A stretch of 64,000 bases of DNA from an uncultured Flavobacteriales bacterium (lineage in GTDB: Bacteria; Bacteroidota; Bacteroidia; Flavobacteriales_F; PHOS-HE28), in contig CAWFCK010000002.1 of assembly GCA_963814325.1 (NCBI GenBank), positions 141,581 to 205,580 of the forward strand. The letters are read 5' to 3'. Shown one piece after another: positions 42,370-53,356 of this stretch. How positions within the stretch are numbered: the stretch's first letter is position 1; each line of letters begins with the position of its first letter. The notes under the pieces are model-generated. The model was given only the letters and a program-made list of their open reading frames with translations, searched no databases and was not told the origin of the DNA. The position numbers and the translations under genes were made by a program.

Positions 42370-43827
42370 ATGTTATTGCGAAGTATTGGCTGCTTCAGCC
42401 TGCTGTTGGTCCTATCTGGTCGCGCACAACAACCGTTCGATCTGGACCAAAGCTTCCAAACAACCATTGGGAGTCAGAACATTTCATCGCTGATCCCGCT
42501 GGAGGATGGGAAGGTGCTGGTTGCGGGCAGGTTCGATTATCCTGGGGCAACTATTCAACTGGGTGTTGGCCGCTTGAACAACGACGGTTCTTGGGACCAA
42601 TCCTTTGATGCGAACAATTACATGGCAGGCAAACTTCAACTTTGGAATGGACTGATCTACGGCCTGAACACCACAGTCTATCGGTTGCTGCCAAATGGCT
42701 TGCTCGATCCCGAGTTCACAACAATGACCAATGGCCCTTATTTCTCTCCCGGTGTGGGGGGCGATTACTTCGTATACCCCGATGGCCGAATTCTGATGAG
42801 CGGGTCGCACCACCTGCATGACAGCATCCGGGGATATGTGGGCGACTACAACTTGATCTGGTTCAGCAATGAGGGGTATTTGGATACTACGCAACATCAC
42901 CGGGCCTGCGATGGGCATATCGAGTACATCCATCCGCTGCCGGACGGGAAGTTCCTGTTGGGTGGTTTCTGGAGCCAATATGATGGCATAGCAACACCGA
43001 ACAGCACGCACGTGATCCGGGTATTTCCAGATGGGGCGTTGGACACAACATTTCATTGCCCGGTGAGTTCTTGGGCAGTAGGACAGCACCTACTGTTACC
43101 AAATGGGAAGCACCTGATCGCTGGTATTTTCCGAATTACCGGGGACCCGGATACGCTGCAAATAATACGCTTGCTGCCTAATGGCGCGTTGGACTCGACG
43201 TATAACTATCACATCCAACTCAAGAAAAGCTGGGGCTCACATCCAACCTACACTGGAATAAATTGCCTAATGCCGCTTGGAACCGACCGGCTGGTCATAA
43301 CTGGTGGCTTCGACCACGTAGCTGGTGAACCCCGTGGTGCGATCGCGCTGTTGGATACGGCTGGAAATCTGGTGGATGACCTTTTTACTGATACTGAATG
43401 CGGGCTTTGGAATGACGGATTTCAAGATTGGGCACATCTGGCTGGCATCGTTCCCACCCCCGATAGCAGCAGCTACTACATCTACGGCAGCTACCACGGC
43501 TACGATGATGGCACCGTGAACGATGCAGGGCAGCGCATGGTAAGCCGGTTGTATGGCTTGGAAGTTGGGGTGGAGGAGGGGCCGATGGAAGAAACCTTGC
43601 GAGCTTATCCTAACCCAACGACCACCGAATTCGGCATCGAGGGCATGGTTGGGCAGGAACCGATCGATGTCATGCTGCTCGATGGCACGGGCAGGCCGGT
43701 TAAGCGATGGTCGCGGGCCGTTGGATCCACACGCTTCGATGTGCGTGGTTCAAGTCCGGGCTGTTACATCTTGGTGGTTGACCGGCAGAATGGCCTTTCG
43801 CAACACGTGAAGCTGATGATCGAATGA
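42370..43827 (+). CDS. Delta-60-repeat-like beta-propeller protein with T9SS C-terminal sorting domain
   Basis: Signal peptide. About 7 repeats of the (R)LxxDGxLDxxF type. CTD AYPNPTTTEFGIEG...GCYILVV...VKLMIE. AT-richer than the core genes by eye. Confidence 0.65.
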   Translation: MLLRSIGCFSLLLVLSGRAQQPFDLDQSFQTTIGSQNISSLIPLEDGKVLVAGRFDYPGATIQLGVGRLNNDGSWDQSFDANNYMAGKLQLWNGLIYGLNTTVYRLLPNGLLDPEFTTMTNGPYFSPGVGGDYFVYPDGRILMSGSHHLHDSIRGYVGDYNLIWFSNEGYLDTTQHHRACDGHIEYIHPLPDGKFLLGGFWSQYDGIATPNSTHVIRVFPDGALDTTFHCPVSSWAVGQHLLLPNGKHLIAGIFRITGDPDTLQIIRLLPNGALDSTYNYHIQLKKSWGSHPTYTGINCLMPLGTDRLVITGGFDHVAGEPRGAIALLDTAGNLVDDLFTDTECGLWNDGFQDWAHLAGIVPTPDSSSYYIYGSYHGYDDGTVNDAGQRMVSRLYGLEVGVEEGPMEETLRAYPNPTTTEFGIEGMVGQEPIDVMLLDGTGRPVKRWSRAVGSTRFDVRGSSPGCYILVVDRQNGLSQHVKLMIE

Positions 43828-44704
43828 GAGCCACGGCCCTTCTTGCATTTACGGCATTGTGGGGTGCGAGCCAAGCGCAAATGCCCTATCAGCCTTTTCC
43901 TGATTCGAACGCGGTATGGACCGTGACGTATAATTCATCCGATTGTTACCTTTTTGGCACACCCCAGCAGATATATCAATACGAGTATGCGACCGATACC
44001 CTGATCACCGGTACTTCGTATCACCAATTGGTACGGACCTATAGCTGCGCGGGCTGTTGCGGCGGAAATGTGGATGGCTATGTTGGTGCGCTTCGGCAGG
44101 ACACCACTGCGAGAAAGGTGTTCTTCATCCCTTCATGGGGTATGGATGAATATCTCCTTTACGATTCTGTCCCTTCAACCTGGCGATACACTTCATTCCT
44201 TCTTATGTGCGTATCCCATGGTCCTGACTACCATAGACACCCTACCAACTGCGGCTGGGCCGAGGCGAAGATTCAATTACAACGGCTGTTGGAATTACGA
44301 GATCGATTGAGGGCGTTGGTAGTCCGCAGGGAATAATTGGCGGTGGAGGTGTGGATTCGGGTGAGGATCTTGCTTGCCTGCGGTTGAATGGACAAGTTGT
44401 ATGGGAAAACAATGTGCAGGGCTGTCTGGTTTCGCCAATGGGTGCTTTGACAAGTGAAGAAATGACGGCTTCGGCCATAAAGGCCTATCCGAATCCGACC
44501 ACCATGGATTTCGGTGTCGAGGGCACAGGGCAGGAATCATTTTCGGTCACGCTGTTCGATGGCATTGGCAGGCCAGTAAAGCGATGGGCACACGTCAGTG
44601 GATCGGCACGCTTCGATGTGAGTGGTTCACATTCTGGCTGCTATACCTTGTTGGTCGAACTGAACAACGGCCGTTCGCAACACCTAATGCTGATCATTGA
44701 ATGA
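43824..44704 (+). CDS. Hypothetical T9SS cargo protein; 2 frame breaks (~44190, ~44310)
   Basis: Signal peptide MRATALLAFTALWGASQAQ. Pieces 43824..44336, 44068..44310 and 44351..44704. The CTD AYPNPTTMDFGVEG...GCYTLLV...LMLIIE is paralogous to that of the upstream gene. The start overlaps the upstream stop (ATGA). Confidence 0.6.
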
Positions 44705-44787
44705 TGGTCACGACCACTGGGAGGTGCGTTTGGCACAACCTGGATCTTAGAGTATTGAACGGAAGGTGGTTCAGCTTTCGCCCCAGC

Positions 44788-45291
44788 TCACATCGTCATC
44801 CCCTCCGGCATCGTCGGGATCGAGGGCATCATGGCCATGGCGATGCCCAGGAAGAGGAACATCAGTGCATAGAGCACGGTGACGATGATCATCAGCACGC
44901 CGATGTAGCTGTAGAAGGAGCGATGGGCGCGCAGGCCGCTGCTGAAGGTGGTGGCGTCGAAGCCGTTCTTCAGTGACCGGAGCGTGCGCGTGGCATACTG
45001 GTAGAGGAAGAGGGTGGGGAAGAAGTAGATCATCACCATCACCAGAAAGAGCACAGCGTAGAAGATGCCGAAGATGCTGGGGTCAAAGGGCATCTGCGCC
45101 CCGCTCATGGCGCTTTGCATGGCCATGATCTTGCCGAAGAACGAGCCGAACGCGAGGCCGAACACGAGCATCAGTCCCAACATCACGAAGCCGATGATCG
45201 CTACGATACGCGCCCATTTGGCTGTCCCGTGGATCTCCTCCATATCGGTGACCGAAAGCGATGAAGGCGTGTTCAGTGTGGAGAAGGACAT
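44788..45291 (-). CDS. Small multi-pass membrane protein, unknown function
   Basis: 167-aa intact ORF with 4 hydrophobic segments. Confidence 0.55.
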   Translation of the reverse strand: MSFSTLNTPSSLSVTDMEEIHGTAKWARIVAIIGFVMLGLMLVFGLAFGSFFGKIMAMQSAMSGAQMPFDPSIFGIFYAVLFLVMVMIYFFPTLFLYQYATRTLRSLKNGFDATTFSSGLRAHRSFYSYIGVLMIIVTVLYALMFLFLGIAMAMMPSIPTMPEGMTM

Positions 45292-45391
45292 GGGCGCGAT
45301 GGGTTGAATGAGCTTGCTGTGATCAGGACGAAGTTGCGTATTCGATGGATCCGCTTATCACCCCCCGCCCTTGGCGTGTCACACCCTCAGC

Positions 45392-45859
45392 TCACTTCAG
45401 CTCCGGCAGGCGTGGCATCTCGATCTCGTCGGGCACCACGTACGAGCCGGGGAACTCATCCATGAACTGCTCGTGTAGCTTTTCGGCTTCGCGTTTGTTG
45501 CGCTGATCGCCCACGCGCACCCGGAAGTTGGGCGCGAGGTAGCTGAGGTAGGCGGGTGTCTCGGGATGGCGTATGAGGAACTGTCGGCGTACCTCTTCGG
45601 CCTTGGTGCGTTCGCCGAGGTAGATCTGCAGCCGAAAGCCCTTCAGCGGGTGCTTGCGCTGGGTGTAGCTGTTCATCAGCGCCGTGATCTGTTCACCTTC
45701 CTGCAACGTGATCCGGCCGGGCGCAACGCTATCCACCACCGGGGTATCCTTGGGAAGCACGGTGCGGCCCGCGGCATACGGGGTGAACACACGCGGATCG
45801 TCCTGCGCCTTGGTCAAGTTGCCAACGATGCAAAGGGCGGCCAGAAGAAGGGTGCGCAT
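45392..45859 (-). CDS. SPOR-domain protein
   Basis: GFRLQIYLGERTKAEEVRRQF...YLSYLAPNFRVRVGDQRNKREAEKL is SPOR-like. Signal peptide from MRTLLLAALC (ATG 45859). Confidence 0.65.
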   Translation of the reverse strand: MRTLLLAALCIVGNLTKAQDDPRVFTPYAAGRTVLPKDTPVVDSVAPGRITLQEGEQITALMNSYTQRKHPLKGFRLQIYLGERTKAEEVRRQFLIRHPETPAYLSYLAPNFRVRVGDQRNKREAEKLHEQFMDEFPGSYVVPDEIEMPRLPELK

Positions 45860-45955
45860 CGGTGGCGAAAGTATCTGTGGCGAAATGATCATCAGCGTAA
45901 AACTGAGCGTGCACGTTGTGTGCCGCACGTAGCGCGGGTTGCAGGCGTTCGCGAG

Positions 45956-45976
45956 TATTTAGAACGATTCTAAATA
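45956..45976. promoter_or_regulatory. Perfect 9-3-9 palindrome TATTTAGAAcgaTTCTAAATA in the SPOR/actA divergent spacer
   Basis: Read directly. The arms are exact reverse complements. A related copy lies at 28160..28180. Confidence 0.55.
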
Positions 45977-46030
45977 GCTTACACGTGCATGACAATTCCC
46001 GCTGGGCCTTTCCCCGTATCGCACGGCGCA

Positions 46031-46038
46031 TATTTTTG
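46031..46038 (+). promoter_or_regulatory. -7 promoter box (TAttTTTG) for the ACIII operon
   Basis: Perfect TAnnTTTG match 34 nt upstream of ATG 46072. Confidence 0.45.
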
Positions 46039-46071
46039 CGCCGCGCCGACCGGTCCAGGTCCGCTCCAAAA

Positions 46072-47412
46072 ATGTCCGGAATGCCCCTCCCATCAAGGAT
46101 CTCCAAGCGATTCACCGGGCTTCTTCACGCGACCTTCGCCTTTGTTCTGCTCTTTTCGACATCCCTTGCCCATGGGCAGGCGGACAAGGCGTTGTATGCT
46201 ACGGGTGAGAAGCTCTTCAAGGCCAATTGTGCCAGCTGCCACAAGCCCGATGTGAAGATGACCGGCCCGGCCCTGAAGGGTGCCAAGGACCGTTGGGCCA
46301 AGAGCGGCGGCGACATCTACGCTTGGGTGAAGAACAGCACAGGCTACATGAAGGCCTCGAACGACGCCTACGCCAAGGCACTGTTCGCGGAGTACAACGG
46401 CAGTGTGATGACGTCCCAAGCCGTGTCGGACGCGGATATCGATGCCATCCTCTATTACGCCGACAATTACGTACCGAAGACCCCGCCCCCTCCACCGGGA
46501 GGCGACGTGACCGCAAAGCGCGAAATGGGTTCTGATACGCCCTGGCAGTGGCTATTGATCGTGGTGCTCCTGCTCTTGGTGGTGGTGCTGTCCCTGGGCA
46601 GCGTGAAGCATCAACTGAACAACGCCAAGCGCGAAGCTGAAGGTCTGGCACCCGAGCCTGAGCGCAGCGTATGGGGTAACATCAGGCATTGGGCCGGCAA
46701 CAACAAAGGCTGGGCCTCCGTGGTCGGCCTGTTGCTGGTGGTCTGGCTCGTGCTGCAAGGCTGGAACTGGGCCTTCAACATCGGCGTGTATGGTGGTCCG
46801 GACGTTGCGCACTACAAGCCTGAGCAGCCCATCAAATTCAACCACACGGTGCATGCAGGCAAGCTGGCGATCAACTGCATTTACTGCCACAGCACGGCCG
46901 AGAAGAGCAAGCACGCCAGCATACCGAGCGCCAACGTGTGCATGAACTGCCATAAGGCGGTGCAGGAAGGCCCGATCACCGGCAAGACGGAGATCGCGAA
47001 GACTACGCGGCCACCGGCTGGGATCCCGAGGCGGGCAAGTTCACCGGAAAGGAAGAGCCCATCCGTTGGGTGAAGGTGCACAACCTGCCGGACCACGTGG
47101 CCTTCAGCCATGCCACGCACGTGGCGGTGGGCAAGATCGAATGCCAGAAGTGCCACGGCCCTGTGGACACGAAGATGGATGTGGCCGAGCAGTGGAGCCC
47201 CCTCACCATGGGCTGGTGCATCCAGTGCCACAACGAGACCGAGGTGTCGCAGATGGCACAAGGAGCCAAGGGCAACGGCTACTATGACGAGTATCCACCG
47301 CCGCCTCACCGAGACGCCGCTGGGCAACAAGGAGTTGCAGAAGTACCTGGAGGACGAGAAGATCACGGTGAAAGAACTGGGCGGCTGGGAATGCGCCAAG
47401 TGCCACTACTAA
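46072..47412 (+). CDS. actA: Alternative complex III subunit ActA (multihaem cytochrome c) with N-terminal monohaem cytochrome c fusion; 2 frame breaks (~47005, ~47290)
   Basis: CASCH in the N-terminal domain and a TM helix. Then CIYCH, CMNCH, CQKCH, CIQCH and CAKCH spread over ORFs 45916..47073, 47070..47549 and 47110..47412. Confidence 0.8.
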
Positions 47413-47428
47413 GAACACGCGCGGAACG

Positions 47429-50400
47429 ATGTCGACCACCAAGCGATACTGGCAGGACCTGGGCGAGCTTACGCAAGCGCCGGAGGCTCCCTCGAACGAG
47501 TTCAACACGCCCCTGCCCCTCATGGAGGCCATGGGCGACAAGGGATTGACCGGCAGCACCACAGGCCGCCGCGACTTCCTGAAGTTCCTGGGCTTCTCCC
47601 TGAGCGCCGCCACACTGGCCGCCTGCGAGACGCCGGTGATCAAGAGCATTCCTTACGTGAACAAGCCCGAGGACATCACTCCGGGCGTGGCCAACTGGTA
47701 TGCCAGTTCCTTCTACGACGGTGAGGACTTCGCCAGCGTGTTGGTGAAGACGCGCGAGGGCCGTCCCATCCACATCAAGGGCAACCCCCGCTTCGGCATC
47801 AACCACAACCCTTCCAACAAGAAGGGTTCGATCAACGCCCGCATCAACAGCAGCGTGATCACGCTGTACGACAGCGCCCGCGCGCATGGTCCGATGGCGA
47901 TGGCCGGTGAGGGCTTGAGCGCCACCACGTGGGCCGCAGCTGACAAAGCCGTTGGCGAGCAGCTCACGCAGATCGCCGCGGCTGGTCAGCGCATCGTGCT
48001 GCTCACCAACACGGTGATCAGCCCCAGCGTGAAGCAGGCCATCGCCGGCTTCCAGACGAAGTTCGGTGCGGGTGTGAGCCATGTGCAGTACGATACCATC
48101 AGCTAGAGCGGCGTTACCAACGCCAACCTGAAGAGCTTCGGCAAGCGGGTGTTCCCGAGCTACGACCTGAGCAAGGCCGATGTGCTGGTGAGCGTTGGTG
48201 CCGACTTCCTCAGCGGTTGGGGCAGCACCACGGAGAACACCTGGCAGTACGCCACCCGCCGCCGTCCCGAGGACGCCACGGCCGAGAAGCCGATGAGCCG
48301 CCACTGGCAGTTCGAGGCGCGCATGAGCCTGAGCGGCGCCAACGCCGATCGAGCGTGTGGCCGTGAAGCCCAGCCAGATCCCCAACGCCGTATTGGCCCT
48401 GCATGATGCCGTGGCGAAGAAGGTGGGCGGAGCTTCCGTTGGCGCTTCCGCCATGGAAGGCGTGGGCGGCATGGTCGAAAAGTGCGCTGCCGAGCTCGCC
48501 GCCGCCAAGGGCAAGAGCCTGGTGATCTGCGGACACAACGACGAAGGCACGCAGGTGATCGTGAACAGCATCAACGCGATGCTGGGCAACTACGGCAGCA
48601 CGATCGACCTGGCGAACCACACCTATTTCAAGCAGGGTGACGACGCTGCGGTGCAGCAACTGGTGAAGGACATGAACGCCGGCACGGTGGGCGCGGTGCT
48701 GATCGCCGGTGTGAATCCCGTGTACAGCCTGCCCAACGCGGCCGAGTTCGCTGCGGGCCTCAAGAAGGTGAAGCTCAGCGTGAGCTTCAGCAGCCATGCC
48801 GACGAAACGGCGAGTTTGTGCAGCATGCTGCTGCCGGACAGCCATTGGCTGGAGAGCTGGAACGACTACATGCCGAAGCCCGGCCACTACGCCACGGCAC
48901 AACCCGCGATCCGTCCGCTGTACGACACGCGCCAATGGCCCGAGACGCTGTTGAAGTGGAGCGGCATCGACAAGAACTACCACGCCCACATCCAGGAGGT
49001 ATGGCAGGCGTGCCCTCAGCGCCCGTTCCGCCTCAGCCGATCGAACTTCAGCGATGCGTGGAACAACAGCGTGCACAATGGCGGCTTCGAGGCCTATGCC
49101 AGCGACCCCCGAGGTGGCGAACTTCGCTGGCGACGTCGCCGGTGCAGCGGCCAGTGCGAAGAACAGCACGGCCGGTGCAGGTGCTTGGGAAGTGCAGCTG
49201 TACACCAAGGAGAGCATCGGCAGCGGTCTGCATGCCAACAACCCCTGGTTGCAGGAGATGCCCGACCCGCTCACGAAAGTGACCTGGGACAACTACGTAT
49301 GCATGGCTCCGGCCGACCTGCTTGACCATCACCGGCAAGAAGGAGGTGAAGGAATTGCGCATCGGTGAGCAGGATCCTGCGCACGTGGTGAAGGTGACCG
49401 TGGGCGGTATGGAAATGGAACTGCCTGCCGTGCCCACACCGGGTCAGGCGCCTGGATCGGTGAGCATCGCCCTGGGCTACGGCCGCGGTGCCAATGGCGA
49501 GCAGGTAGGACGCGCCGCCAATGTGAAGAACGAGGACGGCAGCCAGATGGGCCGCAACGCCTATCCCTTCACCAGCTTGGTGAACGGCTCAGTGAGCTAC
49601 GTGGCCCTGAAGGCCAATGTGGAAAGCACGCCGAAGACCTATGCGATGGGCCTCACCCAGACGCAGCTCACCGGCATGGACCGGGACAGCATCATCAAGG
49701 AGACCACCTTCGCCGAGTGGGCGAAGCATGAGGCAAAGGAGACGTACAACGAAGTGGAGATGCTCGCGGTGCACGAGGACGTGAACCATGATGGCCACAT
49801 CGATGCGCACGACAAGGTGCCCGCTACGGAGATCAACCTGTGGAAGGACCATCCGGTGGCCGAAGTGGGCCATCACTGGGGCATGACGATCGACCTCAAC
49901 AGCTGCATCGGCTGTGGGGCCTGCATCACGGCGTGCAACAGCGAGAACAACATCTCGGTGGTGGGCAAGGACGAGGTGCGCCGCAGCCGCGACATGCACT
50001 GGATGCGCATCGACCGGTATTACAGCAGCGACATGACCCACGCGGTCGGGCAAGGCGCAGGAGATGGGCAAGATCGATCGCTACCTGGCAGATGGAGGAG
50101 CCTTCGGCCACGCCCACGGTGTTCTTCATGCCGGTGATGTGCCAGCATTGCAACCACGCACCTTGCGAAACGGTGTGTCCGGTGGCCGCCACCACGCACA
50201 GCAACGAGGGCCTCAACATGATGGCCTACAACCGTTGCATCGGCACGCGTTACTGCGCGAACAACTGCCCGTACAAGGTGCGCCGCTTCAACTGGTTCAA
50301 CTATGTGACCGAGCAGTTCGGCGATGTGAACCCGGCGTGGGATGCCATGGGCCGTATGGTGCTGAACCCGGACGTGGTTGTGCGCAGCCGCGGTGTGATC

Positions 50401-50703
50401 GAGAAGTGCAGCCTCTGCGTGCAGCAGATCCAGGCCGGCAAGCTGGCTGCCAAGAAGGCCGGTACGCCGGTGAAGGATGGCGCGATCGAGACGGCCTGCA
50501 GCGCGGGCTGCCCCACGAACGCCATCACCTTCGGCGACCTGAACGACAAGAACAGCAAGGTGAAGGCCATCGCCGAGAGCGAGCGCGCCTACCACATGCT
50601 CGAAGAGATCGGCGTGCAGCCCAACATCAGCTACCTGGCGAAAGTGCGCAACCGGGAGGAGGAAGCCGCACTCGCCGCCGTAACCGAAGAAGCCCACCAC
50701 TAG
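47429..50703 (+). CDS. actB: Alternative complex III subunit ActB (molybdopterin-like plus 4Fe-4S ferredoxin domains); one in-frame TAG (48104) and at least 4 frame breaks
   Basis: Tat signal RRDFLKFLGFSLSAATLAAC. Pieces 47429..48106, 48149.., 48357..49325, 49054..49368, 49322..50137 and 49840..50703. Fe-S motifs CIGCGACITAC, CQHCNHAPCETVCP and CIGTRYCANNCPYK. Confidence 0.85.
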
Positions 50704-50707
50704 GACC

Positions 50708-52098
50708 ATGCACAGCGAATCAGCGCTCCGCGAACCGCTCATCCTGGGGCATCGCACATACCACGACATCACCAACGACCTGGTGGGGCCCATCGAGGAC
50801 AAGGCCCCCGCAGGCCTGGTACGTCCTCATCACCATCGCCGCCATCATCGCCGCATACGGCGTGGGCTGCATCCTCTACCTGTTCAGCAAGGGCATCGGT
50901 GTCTGGGGCTTGAACAAGACCGTTGACTGGGCCTGGGACATCACCAACTTCGTTTGGTGGGTGGGCATCGGTCACGCCGGCACGCTGATCAGCGCGGTGC
51001 TGTTGCTGTTCCGCCAGAAGTGGCGGATGGCGGTGAACCGCTCGGCGGAGGCCATGACCATCTTCGCCGTGATCATGGCGGCCACCTTCCCGCTGATCCA
51101 CATGGGTCGCATCTGGATGGCCTACTGGGTGTTCCCCCTGCCCAACCAGTTCGGTTCGCTGTGGGTGAACTTCAACAGTCCGCTGCTCTGGGACGTGTTC
51201 GCCATCAGTACATACTTCTCGGTATCGCATGGTGTTCTGGTACATCGGCCTGATCCCCGACTTCGCCACCATCCGCGACAAGGTGGTGAAGCCCTGGCAG
51301 AAGAAGTTCTACGGCATCCTCAGCTTCGGCTGGACCGGCAACGCCAAGGCCTGGCAGCGTTTCGAGGAAGTGAGCCTCGTGCTCGCGGGCCTCAGCACAC
51401 CGCTGGTGTTCTCGGTGCACTCGGTGGTAAGTATGGACTTCGCCACCTCGGTGGTGCCCGGCTGGCACACCACCATCTTCCCGCCCTACTTCGTGAGCGG
51501 TGCCGTGTTCAGCGGCTTCGCCATGGTACAGACGCTGCTGCTGGTGATGCGCAAGACGATGAAGCTGGAGGCGTACGTGACGATCAAGCACATCGAGTAC
51601 ATGAACATCATCATCATCGTCACCGGTTCGATCGTGGGCGTGGCCTACATCACCGAGCTGTTCATCAGCTGGTACGGTGGCGTTGAGTACGAGAGCTACG
51701 CCTTCATCAACCGCGCCACCGGTCCCTACTGGTGGAGCTACTGGGCGATGATGACCTGCAACGTGATCAGCCCGCAGCTGTTCTGGGTGAAGAGCTGGCG
51801 CCGCAACCTCATCTTCACCTTCTTCATGAGCCTGGTGGTGAACACCGGCATGTGGTTCGAGCGCTTCGTGATCATCGTGACCTCCCTGCACCGCGACTAC
51901 CTGCCGAGCAGCTGGACGATGTTCCATCCCACCTGGGTGGATGCCGGCATCTTCATCGGCACCATCGGCATCTTCTTCACGCTGTATCTGCTCTTCGCGC
52001 GCTACTTCCCTGTGCTGGCGCTCAACGAGCTGAAGAGCATCCTGAAGGTGAGCGGCGAGAGCTACAAGAATCAACAGGCCAACCATCACCACCACTAA
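50708..52098 (+). CDS. actC: Alternative complex III subunit ActC (NrfD-like membrane quinol-interacting subunit); 2 frame breaks (~50810, ~51225)
   Basis: Pieces 50708..50926, the 50064 frame (WYVLITIAAIIAAYG...WDITNFVWWVGIGHAGTLISA) and 51229..52098. Ends NHHHH. Confidence 0.85.
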
Positions 52099-52101
52099 GC
52101 G

Positions 52102-52635
52102 ATGGCGGAAAAGATCATATACGCGGTCTACGAGGACCCCGAGCAGTTGAAAAGTGCTGCGCGCAAGCTGATCACAGCGGGCGTGAAGGTGAAGGACGTG
52201 TTCAGTCCCTTCCCGATCCACGGCCTGGACCCGATCATCGGGCTCAAGCGCACGCGCATCGCCATCGCCTCCTTCATGTTCGGCATCACGGGCACCGCGC
52301 TGGCGCTGCTGGGCATGTGGTACTTCATGATCTACGACTGGCCGATGAACATCGGTGGCAAGCCGAACTGGACCCTGTACCACAACCTGCCCGCGTTCAT
52401 CCCGGTGACCTTCGAGTTCACCGTGCTCTGCGCTGCGCACGGCATGGCCATCACCTACCTGATCCGCAACAAGACGCTGCCCGGCATGCCGGCCCGCAAC
52501 CCCGATCCGCGCAGCACCGACGACAAGTTCATCATCGAGCTGCGCACGGCGGACAACCACGGACACAGCGCCGAAGCGATCACGGGCATGTTGCGCGAGA
52601 CCGCCGTATTCGAGATCAACGAGCGCCAATGCTGA
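52102..52635 (+). CDS. actD: Alternative complex III subunit ActD (DUF3341)
   Basis: 177-aa intact ORF with FSPFPIHGLD and two TM helices. In the canonical position after actC. Confidence 0.8.
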   Translation: MAEKIIYAVYEDPEQLKSAARKLITAGVKVKDVFSPFPIHGLDPIIGLKRTRIAIASFMFGITGTALALLGMWYFMIYDWPMNIGGKPNWTLYHNLPAFIPVTFEFTVLCAAHGMAITYLIRNKTLPGMPARNPDPRSTDDKFIIELRTADNHGHSAEAITGMLRETAVFEINERQC

Positions 52636-53336
52636 GCCCCATGAAGCACATCATCTTCCCCGCGCTTCTCAGCACCGTTCTCCTCGCCTCGTGCGGTGGC
52701 GAAAAGGACAGCCCCGGCATTGAATACATGCCCGATATGTACCGCAGTCCTTCGGTGGAGGCCTACGTGGACTACGGCCAGGACCCCTACTACTTCGACG
52801 ACGAGACGGTGCTGGCCGAGCGCAACACGCAGAGCGCACGCCTTTCACCGGAGGGCACCATCGCCTGGTCGGCCGATCCGGGCAAGGCCATGTACAACTT
52901 CCCATACCCCTTCGGCAACACGCCGGATGAGTATGAGCGCGCTGGTCTGGAGCTGCGCAGCCCCATTGCCATGACGAAGGAGAATGTGGAAGCGGGCAAG
53001 GTGATCTACACCAAGTTCTGCGAGCATTGCCACGGCGCCACCGGTCAAGGTGATGGCAAAGTGGTCACCGAAGGCAACTATCCCCAGCCGCCCGCTTACA
53101 ACGGCACGCAGCTGGCCGGTCTGCCGGAGGGCAAGATGTTCCACTCGCTCGTGTACGGAAAGAACGTGGCCATGGGCAGTCATGCCGGCCAGTTGACCAA
53201 GGAAGAGCGCTGGACGGTGGTCCAGTATGTGAAATACCTGCAGGCAGGAGGCAAGATGCCCGGTGAAGGTGCCGCAGCGGACAGCAGCAAGGTCGTGACG
53301 CCCGCGATGGCAGCGATGGGAACGGCCAACAAGTGA
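52629..53336 (+). CDS. actE: Alternative complex III subunit ActE (monohaem cytochrome c lipoprotein)
   Basis: MLSPMKHIIFPALLSTVLLASCGG lipobox and CEHCHG haem motif. It is the last part of ORF 51732..53336 and overlaps the actD stop. Confidence 0.75.
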   Translation: MLSPMKHIIFPALLSTVLLASCGGEKDSPGIEYMPDMYRSPSVEAYVDYGQDPYYFDDETVLAERNTQSARLSPEGTIAWSADPGKAMYNFPYPFGNTPDEYERAGLELRSPIAMTKENVEAGKVIYTKFCEHCHGATGQGDGKVVTEGNYPQPPAYNGTQLAGLPEGKMFHSLVYGKNVAMGSHAGQLTKEERWTVVQYVKYLQAGGKMPGEGAAADSSKVVTPAMAAMGTANK

Positions 53337-53356
53337 ACAGATAACGAGCAGCAGCG

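Noticed and set aside
47363-52629. Long minus-strand ORFs 47363..48589, 48210..49292, 50020..50802 and 51205..52629
   Set aside because: All are antisense to actB/actC/actD. Their arginine/histidine/alanine-rich translations lack motifs.
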